A stretch of DNA of 64,000 nt from Candidatus Gottesmanbacteria bacterium (GTDB lineage: Bacteria > Patescibacteriota > Microgenomatia > UBA10105 > UBA927): positions 915 to 64,914 of the forward strand of contig JAUXTO010000022.1 in the NCBI GenBank assembly GCA_030679255.1, given 5' to 3'. This document shows, piece after piece, positions 20,746-30,316 of this stretch. The position numbers were made by a program, and so were the translations under genes. A model generated the notes under the pieces. The model saw only the letters and a list, made by a program, of their open reading frames with translations, was not told the origin of the DNA and did not search any database. The stretch's first letter is position 1. Each line of letters begins with the position of its first letter.

Positions 20746-21096
20746 TTATTCTTTTTCCACATCCTGAAGAAGAGCAACAATTTGCTTTTGCAATACTGGA
20801 ATATCGATTTGCACCATATCCCATACTTTCTTTTCATCAACGGTAAAGTAGCCGTGAATGAGCGTATTACGCGCGTCCGTTATCGGCCTCCAGGGAATCT
20901 CCGGCGTTGCCAGCTTACGCTCATCGCTCACATTACGAGCAGCTTCACCGATAATTTCAAGCTGGCGGATGATCGCGCTTTGCAGTTTCTCGTCTCCGGC
21001 AAAATCCTTAATCGTCTTGCCGTCCGACCAGGCTACTATAAGCGCTATCGCGTCGCGGATGTGCAAAAAGTAGAGTGTGTCAGTTTTCCTGTCCAT
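20746..21096 (-). CDS. hepT: HepT-like toxin (DUF86, nucleotidyltransferase-substrate-binding), type II/VII TA
   Basis: RX4HXY motif RNTLIHGY; 116 aa; overlaps the upstream MntA gene. Confidence 0.75.
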   Translation of the reverse strand: MDRKTDTLYFLHIRDAIALIVAWSDGKTIKDFAGDEKLQSAIIRQLEIIGEAARNVSDERKLATPEIPWRPITDARNTLIHGYFTVDEKKVWDMVQIDIPVLQKQIVALLQDVEKE

Positions 21097-21388
21097 AGAG
21101 AGGTGTAACAGAAGACAAAATACTATCGCGAATATAGGGGGAAATATTTCGTTTGGTCACTAGGTCTACGTCTGCTCCAAGCAAATCCTTCAGGCGTAGT
21201 TTGAGTTCGATCATTCCCAACAACGTGGTTTTTGACTCCGGTAAAAATTCCACAACGATATCATAATCGCTCTCCGGCCTGTTATCTCCGAATGCCCGCG
21301 AGCCAAACAGCGCAGCATACGACACGCCGTACTGTCGAAATGCATCGCAAATCGCATCATACTGGGGAAGCACAATAGTCGTGTTCAT
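21080..21388 (-). CDS. mntA: MntA-like minimal nucleotidyltransferase antitoxin
   Basis: GSRAFGDNRPESDYDIVV (GS...DxD NTase motif); 102 aa. Confidence 0.75.
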   Translation of the reverse strand: MNTTIVLPQYDAICDAFRQYGVSYAALFGSRAFGDNRPESDYDIVVEFLPESKTTLLGMIELKLRLKDLLGADVDLVTKRNISPYIRDSILSSVTPLYGQEN

Positions 21389-21583
21389 GTCTCCATGGTA
21401 CTCCCTCTCTTATATGCTGGTCAATCCATTCTCCACCCTTCAGGTGGACTAGCTCCTGCCCGCAATGCTTTCAGCATGGCTGATGCAGGCGGGTCGCCCC
21501 TCTTCTTTTTCTCTCTTACCTTCTCCTACTTTCTCCTTTTTCCTCTTAATATCTCTTAATTTTTATTGGTAGTATTTGAGTAT

Positions 21584-21651
21584 TGTCCCGATGCTGTTTC
21601 CGATCTTTATCGGATTACAGCATCGTGGATCCCGCTTCGCGGGAGTAGTAT
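21584..21651. repeat. ~70-nt hairpin-forming repeat element, copy 3
   Basis: GTCCCGATGCTG...CAGCATCGTGGATCCCGCTTCGCGGGAGTAGTATT; overlaps the 3' end of ABC gene 21607..23901. Confidence 0.8.
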
Positions 21652-23901
21652 TTGATTATTGGTAGTATTGTAATCCCCCTCCCCCACGTACACCTGCTCC
21701 ACCGGTTTCCTATTAATCTCTTTAAAATCTACAATCCGCTCCGCTATCGCCTCAAAACTTGGGTCATGGGTCACAGCCACCACCGTCATCTCCGGCCGTT
21801 TCACGCGCAGTCCCTTGATGATCTCCAAGACCTGCTTCGTGGATTCCGCGTCGAGGTTTGCCGTCGGCTCATCGAGGAACAAGACCCGCGGGTCTTTGAG
21901 GAGCGCCCGGGCTATGCCAATCCGCCGCAATTCCCCTCCTGAATAATGTTTCACCTTCGAATCCATGCGGTCGATGAGCCCGTCGAGCCGCAAATCATGG
22001 AGCGTCTGCCGGATTTCAATGTCCGTCGTGGGCTTTTTGGTCCAGAGAAGGAGGTTTTCCCGCAGCGTCATATTTTCAAAAAACTGCGGGTTTTGGTTGG
22101 CATAGGCAATCTTGCTGTAGATAGATTGTTCCCCAAACTTTTTGATGTTTTGCAGGTCAACGCCTCCATACTGCACCACGCCATCTTTAGCGCCGTAAAG
22201 CCCCATCAGATGCCGGAAAAATGTGGTCTTCCCGATCCCCGACGGGCCTTTGATCGTCACAAACGACCCCTGGGGAATATCCAAAGACACATCATGGAGA
22301 ATATCTTTGAATGAAAGGTTTTTGACGCTGATATCAAAGTTTCCCAACGCATCGACCTCCATCCTCGCCTTTTCCTTCGGCCCCTCCGGCGTATCCACCT
22401 GATCATACGGCCCCAGCAGTTCCTCCATCTTCTTAAAGTCCTGAATGGCGGGTTGGATGCGGTTCGTAAATAAGTTGATGATGGAATTGGCACGCATATT
22501 CACAATACTTTGCCCCACGGATACACGGAGAAATTCCATAGCAGCAAGCCCCCCTCGAGCAATATTTTTTGCTGTAGATATATTGTCGGTAGAACTAGAG
22601 CTTGATTTAGTAAAAAACTCTCCAAACGCACTAACTACCTCTTCAACTTGTTTACTCGCGTTAGCATCCTTGTTGCCAAACGATTTGGCCAGTATTGAAA
22701 ACGGATCCTTAGTCGTCACATATTTAATACCAGCAGCGGCAAATGGCGCGACAATATCCGTTACTCGTAAAAGAAAATCTCCTTTTTTTGATACTTTTAT
22801 CTGCTCAATTGCACGATTTGTTTGCAGCTCCTCACGCTCTTTCATCGTCTCCTCTAGCTGTGTGATAGCCGTATCCATGCTGTCAGAAGTTTTTATAACC
22901 TCAAGACTTCCCAAAGACGTCAACACTCTTGTGTCAATATCATCTTTTCGCGCCAGTTCTTCCCGTCGTTGACGGTTGATTGCTATCACTTTCTCCTTGG
23001 ACGTGAGGTACAACAATGGTATTTTTGCCGCACCATAAAGTCCCGCAAAGAGACTGGCGCGCAGTTGCGGAATGACTGTAGCAAATATACCGGTAAGTTC
23101 CGGGATGATACCCGTATACGTCATGGTAAGCAAATTCATCGTCGCGCTTTTTCCTTTATCTATGGCATTGAGTATTTCGGCGGCAGATTTATCATGGACA
23201 AATTCAAAGTCCCGCATAAACACTGACTCTGCGACGCGACGGTTTATCATGCTTTTAAGTGGCAGCAATTCCTTTTCAAATCCAATTTGTGCCATGACGT
23301 CTACGACGGATGCCGGAAGAGCTAATAACAACGGAAGAAACATTGGGCCGTAGGCTTTTATAAGGGTCCGCGTTAATTTTCCCTTCGTTAATTCGCCACT
23401 TTCAAGTTTCGCTAGTTCTTGTGCGCTTTTTATGGTCGTTTCTATTAAATTTGTCATCCCAAGCTCACCGGTGACTGCTAATGCATTGCTTCCCATCATG
23501 AGGGCGGTATAGGCAGCAAACTTCGGAGTAGATTTTTTTAAGTCATACGTTCCGTGTATCCGCTTGATACAATCTGCATAGTCGTTGAGGTTGATCGCAT
23601 CGGGGTCAGCTGTGGACTCTGGAGATTTGGAGAGGCCACTGTATGCCCCTTTTGATTTCTCCTTCCATATCTTTTTTTCTTCCGGCGTGAGATTGATGCC
23701 TCCCTTTTGCATGTCTTTCTCAAACGACTGCAACATTTGCTCTACACTTTGTTCCGACGTCTTTCCATTATCCTTCACCTCGCCGAGCATTTTCGAAGCT
23801 TCATTGATGGTATCTGCAGATATCTCTATCGGCTTAGTCTTTGCCGCCGCCTCCGGCTTCAATCCTTGGGGTTCTCCATGAAGTATCGTCTGTTCAACCA
23901 T
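21607..23901 (-). CDS. ABC exporter-type fusion protein, paralog of 15926..18391
   Basis: Walker A GPSGIGKTT, signature YSGGELRRIGIARAL, Walker B VLFLDEPTANLD, VTHD; coupling motif VFMRDFEFVHDKSAAEILNAIDKG. The 3' end reads through the hairpin repeat element. Confidence 0.8.
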   Translation of the reverse strand: MVEQTILHGEPQGLKPEAAAKTKPIEISADTINEASKMLGEVKDNGKTSEQSVEQMLQSFEKDMQKGGINLTPEEKKIWKEKSKGAYSGLSKSPESTADPDAINLNDYADCIKRIHGTYDLKKSTPKFAAYTALMMGSNALAVTGELGMTNLIETTIKSAQELAKLESGELTKGKLTRTLIKAYGPMFLPLLLALPASVVDVMAQIGFEKELLPLKSMINRRVAESVFMRDFEFVHDKSAAEILNAIDKGKSATMNLLTMTYTGIIPELTGIFATVIPQLRASLFAGLYGAAKIPLLYLTSKEKVIAINRQRREELARKDDIDTRVLTSLGSLEVIKTSDSMDTAITQLEETMKEREELQTNRAIEQIKVSKKGDFLLRVTDIVAPFAAAGIKYVTTKDPFSILAKSFGNKDANASKQVEEVVSAFGEFFTKSSSSSTDNISTAKNIARGGLAAMEFLRVSVGQSIVNMRANSIINLFTNRIQPAIQDFKKMEELLGPYDQVDTPEGPKEKARMEVDALGNFDISVKNLSFKDILHDVSLDIPQGSFVTIKGPSGIGKTTFFRHLMGLYGAKDGVVQYGGVDLQNIKKFGEQSIYSKIAYANQNPQFFENMTLRENLLLWTKKPTTDIEIRQTLHDLRLDGLIDRMDSKVKHYSGGELRRIGIARALLKDPRVLFLDEPTANLDAESTKQVLEIIKGLRVKRPEMTVVAVTHDPSFEAIAERIVDFKEINRKPVEQVYVGEGDYNTTNNQILLPRSGIHDAVIR

Positions 23902-23944
23902 ATATCTACTCTACCACATTAAAATCCGAAATTCTTCCACATCG

Positions 23945-24160
23945 TCACCACCCTCTCACAATCCGATCGACAATTTTTACGACGCGGGTCCCAATCGCCG
24001 TCTCCATTTTCGCATTGAGCTTGGCGAGTCCATGCACCGGTCCCAGCTCGATAACCGCAGCTCCCGCAGCAATGCCTGCCAGTGTCGCATTACCATATTT
24101 TTGCATACCACTTAAGTCCCTCGACCGGAGAAACACGCGTGAGTTCGTTTTTGAGTGCAT
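23945..24160 (-). CDS. Small hypothetical ORF, possibly the remnant of a frameshifted gene (see 24108..24230 in another frame)
   Basis: 71 aa Ala/Gly-rich ORF; the adjacent upstream ORF is in a different frame. Confidence 0.25.
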   Translation of the reverse strand: MHSKTNSRVFLRSRDLSGMQKYGNATLAGIAAGAAVIELGPVHGLAKLNAKMETAIGTRVVKIVDRIVRGW

Positions 24161-24363
24161 TGACCGATATCCCGCGAAGTGTTTGCTCTGAAGCGTCGCT
24201 TCCCTCTCCCATACTCTTACCCTATCACGATTGCAGTCGAGACAGCAACAATCTCTCCCTTCTTTTGTCTATCATCTTTTCATCTTCTTTGCTTATTGGT
24301 AGTATTTGATGATTGGTAGTATTGGTAGTATTAACTCGTGTCTCCTCCTTCTTCCTCATCCCT

Positions 24364-25140
24364 CTACTTTTTCCCATGACCGATGACCCTCTTCAGATAC
24401 GTTTGTACGTAGTCATAAAAATCAGAAAGTTTTGCCCGCTCCTCTATCGGGACAAACGGCCGGAGATCGGCGATAAAGTCTGCCACAGAAAAATCGCGAC
24501 AGCGTGACAGTATCACATCAAAATTCTCTACGTTCATCTGATAATACGCAAGCTTTTTTTGAACCATTACCGCATCCGGACGTACGCCGAGTGTCGACAA
24601 ATACCAGAGGTCATAAAGATCCCTCCCTTTCTTTCTTGTCATGATCGCCCGTATTTTTTCGGCGTAGAGTTCCTCTTTGGACAAATGCCATATAAATCCA
24701 GTGAAAGCGATCGGGAAATCACTGGTAATGACGGACTTTTCCGGCTGGAGTACGTCCTCCCGAAACGAAAAATCAAGATTGATGAACGTCGGCGGATATC
24801 CAGGGAGATCGTTAGTGCTCATCATATACCGCTTTCCAGCAATGGTCTTTCGTTCTTTAAATATCAATCGTTCGTGCTTGGTCAGATACCCAAATGCATC
24901 ATGTATCGTCTTCATAAACTCTTTTTGAGGAAGCATCACCGTGAAATCCAGATCCTCTGAGAATCGCGGTGCGTGATAGATGAGATGGATCGCTGTTCCG
25001 CCCTTAAAATAGATACGGGAACTGGCAAGCTGGCTATAGAGCACACTTAAAAACAGATACTGCAAATACTCCCGTAGCGCCGTCATGTCATTTGTTTTGA
25101 GCGCTTTGGCAAAAGCGCGCACTTGATCCATCGTTATCAT
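24364..25140 (-). CDS. AbiEii-like nucleotidyltransferase toxin (type IV TA)
   Basis: YFKGGTAIHLIYHAPRFSEDLDF; 258 aa. Confidence 0.75.
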   Translation of the reverse strand: MITMDQVRAFAKALKTNDMTALREYLQYLFLSVLYSQLASSRIYFKGGTAIHLIYHAPRFSEDLDFTVMLPQKEFMKTIHDAFGYLTKHERLIFKERKTIAGKRYMMSTNDLPGYPPTFINLDFSFREDVLQPEKSVITSDFPIAFTGFIWHLSKEELYAEKIRAIMTRKKGRDLYDLWYLSTLGVRPDAVMVQKKLAYYQMNVENFDVILSRCRDFSVADFIADLRPFVPIEERAKLSDFYDYVQTYLKRVIGHGKK

Positions 25141-25742
25141 AGCAATACCTCCTTTTGTATTTTATCGAGTATCACCTGCACAGGTGGCGTGTGGGGCATG
25201 CGTTTCATATACGATGCGAGACGGTTTTTGTCTATCCGAGATACCTCATATTCGTCCAGAGGAAACTGCCGTAGTCCACGGGCGGCAAAATATGCTTGAT
25301 CTAGGATGGCCTTTTCAGGATGCGCGATGAGCGCGCCGCGGACTTTTTCATACCCCCAATACAGTGATGGCTGGATATGCCCGTAAGAATAGAGCCTTTC
25401 CTGCACCGTCTTTTGGATGGGCTTGTTGGTCGTGACACTCGTCACTTCGTAGGGAAACTGCGACAATATGCCGTGCATATTCAGCGCGGATTCGCAAGAT
25501 ATATACGATGGACCGTGGAGAACATTCGCGATGAGGAATGCATCCGGCGTGCGGTGGACAAGTACGTATATCCCCCGCTCGAGTTTTACGAGTATTCCCA
25601 TGCGGATCAGTTTACGCAGATACACATACAAGGTATCCGGAAGGCGGGTGACAAACATATCCCGGAGCGTCTTTATCGTAAAGACCGGAAGGTTTGATTC
25701 ATAGAGCAATTTGGTAGCCGAAGTTATATTTAATGTTTCCAT
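25137..25742 (-). CDS. AbiEi-like antitoxin / transcriptional regulator
   Basis: 201 aa; N-terminal wHTH-like region; 4-nt overlap with the downstream AbiEii gene. Confidence 0.65.
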   Translation of the reverse strand: METLNITSATKLLYESNLPVFTIKTLRDMFVTRLPDTLYVYLRKLIRMGILVKLERGIYVLVHRTPDAFLIANVLHGPSYISCESALNMHGILSQFPYEVTSVTTNKPIQKTVQERLYSYGHIQPSLYWGYEKVRGALIAHPEKAILDQAYFAARGLRQFPLDEYEVSRIDKNRLASYMKRMPHTPPVQVILDKIQKEVLL

Positions 25743-25984
25743 TAACTATGTATAGTACATAGTTTCTCGAAACATGTCAAGAGGAAGAAATTGGTACATT
25801 TTTGTACCAAAAATGGACTCGTTGTCAAAATCGTTGCAGTCAAACCTTAAGAAGCCGTATCAGAAGTTCCTTTGTTGTATTGTTACTTTGTAAATTTGTC
25901 CTTCTCGTTATGTTGTCCTCCCCCACCTACCTCCCCACAAACTCCACAAAATTGGCTTAAAAATCAAGTCTTCGGAGGTTCCAC

Positions 25985-26533
25985 TTAAATTGTTTTTATA
26001 TCAGGGGTAGAAGATGTACCCACTTTTATATCCAATGGCTTTTGCCACAGTCCAGTAACTCTGTTTCTTATGTTATTAATTTGTTGATCCACTTTTGCTC
26101 GAAAATCATTTACATTTTGCATCGCGGACATAACCTTGACTTTATTATCAATAGATAATTTACCCATGAACGTTTCTCCAACTTTGCCTATTCCCTTTCC
26201 TATATTATCTTTCTGCCAATACACTGCCCCTGCCCCAACTAAAACGGTTCCAGCAATTGCAGATACCACCACTGCATCTCTGACCAAACTCCCTTTTGCA
26301 TCTTCCATTTTGCCCGCCACCAGATCCGGCCGCCGCGCTTCGAGCATCTTCATGGCTTCTACGCGCTTTTCTTCGGGAACTTGTGCAAGGATCGCATCAA
26401 TCTGCTTCTGCGCCATCACTTCGGCGCGGCCCTCTACTGTAAACATCTTGCGCAGTGCACCTTTCACCTTATCCACGACTCCCGCGGGTTTGGGCTGCAT
26501 CTCTGCGATAGTCGGTCCTCCTGCTTCTGCCAT
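25985..26533 (-). CDS. Hypothetical protein with a hydrophobic Gly/Ala-rich helix
   Basis: 182 aa; AVVVSAIAGTVLVGAGAVYW. Confidence 0.5.
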   Translation of the reverse strand: MAEAGGPTIAEMQPKPAGVVDKVKGALRKMFTVEGRAEVMAQKQIDAILAQVPEEKRVEAMKMLEARRPDLVAGKMEDAKGSLVRDAVVVSAIAGTVLVGAGAVYWQKDNIGKGIGKVGETFMGKLSIDNKVKVMSAMQNVNDFRAKVDQQINNIRNRVTGLWQKPLDIKVGTSSTPDIKTI

Positions 26534-26589
26534 AATTTTTTTATTGGATTATTGGATTATTGGATAATTTGAGAATTGGATAATTTATA

Positions 26590-26907
26590 TTATGATGCTG
26601 GATTTGCTACCGGCGGTCTCGGAAACAGAATCGGTCCAAACACCCGGTGGACGCCGGATGAGAGGACTTTCACTGCTTCCAGATATGCCTTCGGGTCATT
26701 TTTATCGCCAAGGTCCTTGAGAAGCTGCCGGGATATATCCATCGGACTCACTTTGTCTTTCTTCGATAGCTGCTTCACCCGTTCAAGATAAAGCTTCATC
26801 GTTTCGTCGCGCTTCACCTGGTCGCGCATCTCCTGGCTCGCTTTCACGAGCGGATCCTCCCCGACTCCCACACTCAACTCTTGTAATGCTGCCGTTGCTT
26901 CCGCCAT
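26590..26907 (-). CDS. Hypothetical small protein (105 aa)
   Basis: ORF only. Confidence 0.45.
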   Translation of the reverse strand: MAEATAALQELSVGVGEDPLVKASQEMRDQVKRDETMKLYLERVKQLSKKDKVSPMDISRQLLKDLGDKNDPKAYLEAVKVLSSGVHRVFGPILFPRPPVANPAS

Positions 26908-26993
26908 ATTTTATCCCTCAACTTTTATTCGCCCATTCTCTTATTCCATTCTTTTATTCCATTATTCTATTATTCGTTTATTCCATTATTCTA

Positions 26994-27308
26994 TTATTTG
27001 ATCCCTTCCCCCGCCAACGCCTTATCCACTTCTTCCAAGACTTTATTCATAAGCCCTTCGATCTCTTTGAGAGCGACCCCGTCTTTGATCGTGTCCTCAA
27101 TGAGCTTGGCGTAGGACTCAACGGTCACCCGGCTCTTGGGGTCTGCCGCGAGGAATTCAAGTTCCTCCTTGGGCATGTATTTGAGGAGCACTGGCCACAC
27201 CGTCGCCTGCAGCCCCTCGCTGATCGTCGCGTAGAGCTCCTCTTTATCTGCATCTTTAAGTGTCGATGCTTCTATCTTCGTCACAATCGCCCGCAATTTA
27301 TCTTCCAT
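26994..27308 (-). CDS. Small helical protein, paralog family B
   Basis: 104 aa; EDKLRAIVTKIE...ISEGLQATVWPVLLKYMP; ~45% identical to 28712..29023. Confidence 0.6.
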   Translation of the reverse strand: MEDKLRAIVTKIEASTLKDADKEELYATISEGLQATVWPVLLKYMPKEELEFLAADPKSRVTVESYAKLIEDTIKDGVALKEIEGLMNKVLEEVDKALAGEGIK

Positions 27309-27399
27309 AGGTTATTTCCTCCTTACACCCGCCTTGGGCAACATCATTATTTCATCTATTATGCACGCATCTTCCCTGAGATTGCAAGCAGCATTTTTA

Positions 27400-27795
27400 T
27401 TACCTATATGGCACGACGACGCGTAACCCTTCAATGGACATAAAATGCTTTGCGTTATGAGAAACAAGCTCATCATTGCGCTCCATCGCGGTAGCTGCAA
27501 TCAACGCATCAGCAATTCCGATGCCATGTGCATGATGGTACATCTCATGGATGGCTCCTGCCCGTGTGGATATATCTACGTTGAGTTCCGCTATCTCTAC
27601 CTGGAGTTGGCGTAACTGCCGATGAAGAAGCAAGATGTCACGCTTTTGTTTTAACCCGTCGACCAACTCCATTACGCTTACTCTGCTTATCATGAGATCC
27701 TGTGATGGTTGCAGAAAAAAGTGTTGAGCATTGGGTTCACCGCGGAGAAGATCGATAAATACCGTCGTATCCACGATCATGTTCTCGTCCTCCAT
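27400..27795 (-). CDS. vapC: PIN-domain toxin VapC
   Basis: IVDTTVFIDLL ... IADALIAATAMERNDELVSHNAKHF. Confidence 0.8.
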   Translation of the reverse strand: MEDENMIVDTTVFIDLLRGEPNAQHFFLQPSQDLMISRVSVMELVDGLKQKRDILLLHRQLRQLQVEIAELNVDISTRAGAIHEMYHHAHGIGIADALIAATAMERNDELVSHNAKHFMSIEGLRVVVPYR

Positions 27796-28040
27796 GCGCG
27801 CTGTCTCAGAAGCAGGCCCACCTGGGCCGCAGTGCCGGTAAAGTGAGAAAGGAGCGTGCTTGCCGCCGGAAGTATCTTTTTCCGGTGCACTGTTGGAGCC
27901 GTTTTTTCTACAGGAAGCAGACGCGCAACGGGAATATTATTCTTCACCACGAGAAACTCTTCTCCGGCAAAGACGCGGTTGACGAGCTGTGCCCATTCTT
28001 CCCTCGCCCATGAAACGGTTACTTGTTGCATATATCCCAA
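27777..28040 (-). CDS. Phd/YefM-family antitoxin
   Basis: 87 aa; overlaps the vapC start. Confidence 0.7.
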   Translation of the reverse strand: MGYMQQVTVSWAREEWAQLVNRVFAGEEFLVVKNNIPVARLLPVEKTAPTVHRKKILPAASTLLSHFTGTAAQVGLLLRQRAWRTRT

Positions 28041-28103
28041 TATAGTACAACTTTGTACAAGATTGTCAACACCTTGTTTCTTGGTTATAAATGATACTTT
28101 GAA

Positions 28104-28649
28104 TCAATTGGGGGGTATTTCTGGAGGACTTTCTTTAAAAGGAGGTGGCTCTACATCTTTTTCCGGATGATAAACCGGGGCACTTGAAGGATTAATGATC
28201 TTCTCCCACGTCTGCCGGACGCGATCTCCTAAATCAGTCACCCCTGTCACCACGTAGTTAAACGCACGCGCCCCAGCTGCTATCGCCGCTATTCCAAGTA
28301 CTTTCCCGGATTCCACAATCGCGCTTCCTGCTGCTATCGCCCCCGCCGGATTCATGAGGAACAGTGCTCCACCGTAGAGCGCCGCCGCGCTCAATGCCAC
28401 CTTCACCACCGGATCCGCCCAGCCCGCTATTTTAGCGGCGGTTTCAATCGGGCCTTGAAGTTTTGCAAGTAGTTCTGGCTGCTTACCCCAAAGCCGCTCG
28501 GAGGCTACCGTCAGCGTCTTTTTGTACCGCTCACCGACGGCCGGCGGCATTTGGTTCTCCACCCACTTACCGATCCCCGCCGCAATCCGCTCCCCGCGCG
28601 TCATGGGCTTCACTTCCGATTTAACCAAATCCAAATTATCTTCCGCCAT
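28104..28649 (-). CDS. Hypothetical protein with an Ala/Gly-rich hydrophobic segment
   Basis: 181 aa; ALSAAALYGGALFLMNPAGAIAAGSAIV. Confidence 0.5.
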   Translation of the reverse strand: MAEDNLDLVKSEVKPMTRGERIAAGIGKWVENQMPPAVGERYKKTLTVASERLWGKQPELLAKLQGPIETAAKIAGWADPVVKVALSAAALYGGALFLMNPAGAIAAGSAIVESGKVLGIAAIAAGARAFNYVVTGVTDLGDRVRQTWEKIINPSSAPVYHPEKDVEPPPFKESPPEIPPN

Positions 28650-28711
28650 ATATTTTTTCTCCTTATCGATCGACTTTATAGACTTTATAGACTTTATAGA
28701 CTTTCTGACTT

Positions 28712-29023
28712 CTACACTATCCCTTCTTTCGCGAGCAACCCATTTATCTCCACAATCAACTCATCAATCTTGATGGGCACTTCCCGTCCCACCCGTTCAT
28801 CTTTGATGGCTATGCTCACTAAACCCACCCATCGGTCTACGGTGATCGTTTCAGGATTTTTTGTGAGTTCATCGAGCTCCGCTTGCGGCATGCATTTGAG
28901 GAGGATGGGAAGGACGGTAGCCCGCAGTCCCTCGGAAATAGCGCGGTACACTTTTTCTTTCTCTTCCGGGGAAAAATCCGACTGCTCTACTTTGGTGATA
29001 ATTGCCTTGAGCTTTTCTTCCAT
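28712..29023 (-). CDS. Small helical protein, paralog family B
   Basis: MEEKLKAIITKVE...ISEGLRATVLPILLKCMP; start taken at the internal Met of ORF 28712..29059. Confidence 0.6.
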   Translation of the reverse strand: MEEKLKAIITKVEQSDFSPEEKEKVYRAISEGLRATVLPILLKCMPQAELDELTKNPETITVDRWVGLVSIAIKDERVGREVPIKIDELIVEINGLLAKEGIV

Positions 29024-29113
29024 TATGTCAAATATAGGCGATACGCCAACACATATCAATGCCCAACTTATTTCAACTCTTTCAAAAAAATTGTTTCACC
29101 TACAGAGTTGGGG

Positions 29114-30262
29114 TTATAATATTGTAGCAAGACTCTGTACCGCATAGCCAAACGGGAGTATCTCAATGTTTTTAATATAAAGTCTTTCGCTCCCACCATA
29201 GAGCATATAACCCTTTGCCATGGGGTAATCTTGTAAAAAACTTACCAAACTGCTTATGTCACTGCGCGAGATTGTTTTTTTACTTTTTATTTCAAATGCT
29301 TTCAACCCCCGCTTCCCATAGGCGATAAAATCCACTTCAACGCCTGTCGCCGTCCGATAATAATAGAGTGTATACCCCAAATCCAGGTAATCATTAATTG
29401 CCCGCAAATTTTGAAAAAATACGCTCTCAAGCGCTACCCCGCCCATCACTTCAGGCTGATCCAAAGGCCCCATCGGACGAATTGCTTGATAGACTCCCAC
29501 GTCAAAAAAATAAAATTTATTGTGTTTGACCAATCTCCTTTTTGCCTTTTTAGAAAAAACCGGTAGTCGTACTCCCAGCATCAAATCCTCCAGAGCGCTA
29601 AAATAGTCCTCTACCACTTTTCGCCCCACCGAGGCTTCTCTGCCAACTTCCGTCATATTGACGACCGATCCCTGGGAAAAACTTGCGGTTTCCAAAAACC
29701 GCGCAAACGAACCCACATTTCGACTAATCCCTTCCTGAATAACTTCTTGCTGTAAATACGTTTGAATATAACTTTTCAGGTAATTTTTTTTGTCTTGAGT
29801 AGCAAAGACTGCCGGAAGGCCGCCAAATGCTACATATTCTTTGAGATGGAATTCCTTTCCCAGCTCTGCTGCGGTTAATGGGTGCATGTTGTAGATCAAG
29901 GCTCTCCCTGCAAGCAAATTCACCCCGCCGCGGCGCAGTTTTCTCGCTGACGATCCGGTTAAAATAAATTTATAATGGTTGTTCTCGATAAGCCTGTGGA
30001 CTTCGTCAAGTAATGCAGGAATTTTTTGGATTTCATCGATCACAACCCAGTCCTTGAAATCTTTTGGGATAGCCTCTTCTATCCGCGTTGGATTGGCGAC
30101 AAGATAATCATACGTTTCCGCTTTTAGAAGATCGAAATAGAGCGCGGTGGGATACTGAAACCTCACCCACGTCGTTTTCCCCGTTCCCCGGGATCCAAAC
30201 AAAAAAAAGCTGTTTTGTGTCGGCGGACGTAGCAATCTGGCGTACATAAGTCCATTATACAT
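29114..30262 (-). CDS. AAA+ ATPase (DUF4143-type)
   Basis: Walker A FGSRGTGKTT near the N-terminus; 382 aa. Confidence 0.7.
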   Translation of the reverse strand: MYNGLMYARLLRPPTQNSFFLFGSRGTGKTTWVRFQYPTALYFDLLKAETYDYLVANPTRIEEAIPKDFKDWVVIDEIQKIPALLDEVHRLIENNHYKFILTGSSARKLRRGGVNLLAGRALIYNMHPLTAAELGKEFHLKEYVAFGGLPAVFATQDKKNYLKSYIQTYLQQEVIQEGISRNVGSFARFLETASFSQGSVVNMTEVGREASVGRKVVEDYFSALEDLMLGVRLPVFSKKAKRRLVKHNKFYFFDVGVYQAIRPMGPLDQPEVMGGVALESVFFQNLRAINDYLDLGYTLYYYRTATGVEVDFIAYGKRGLKAFEIKSKKTISRSDISSLVSFLQDYPMAKGYMLYGGSERLYIKNIEILPFGYAVQSLATIL

Positions 30263-30316
30263 TGTAAAACGGACTTGTCAAGAGGAATCGGACCAATCAA
30301 ATCGAAGACAGGATCA

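Noticed and set aside
16385-23353. Antisense ORFs inside the ABC transporter genes (16385..16840, 21946..22314, 22445..22972, 23072..23353 etc.)
   Set aside because: They are opposite-strand shadows of long, motif-bearing ABC genes, with no motifs of their own.
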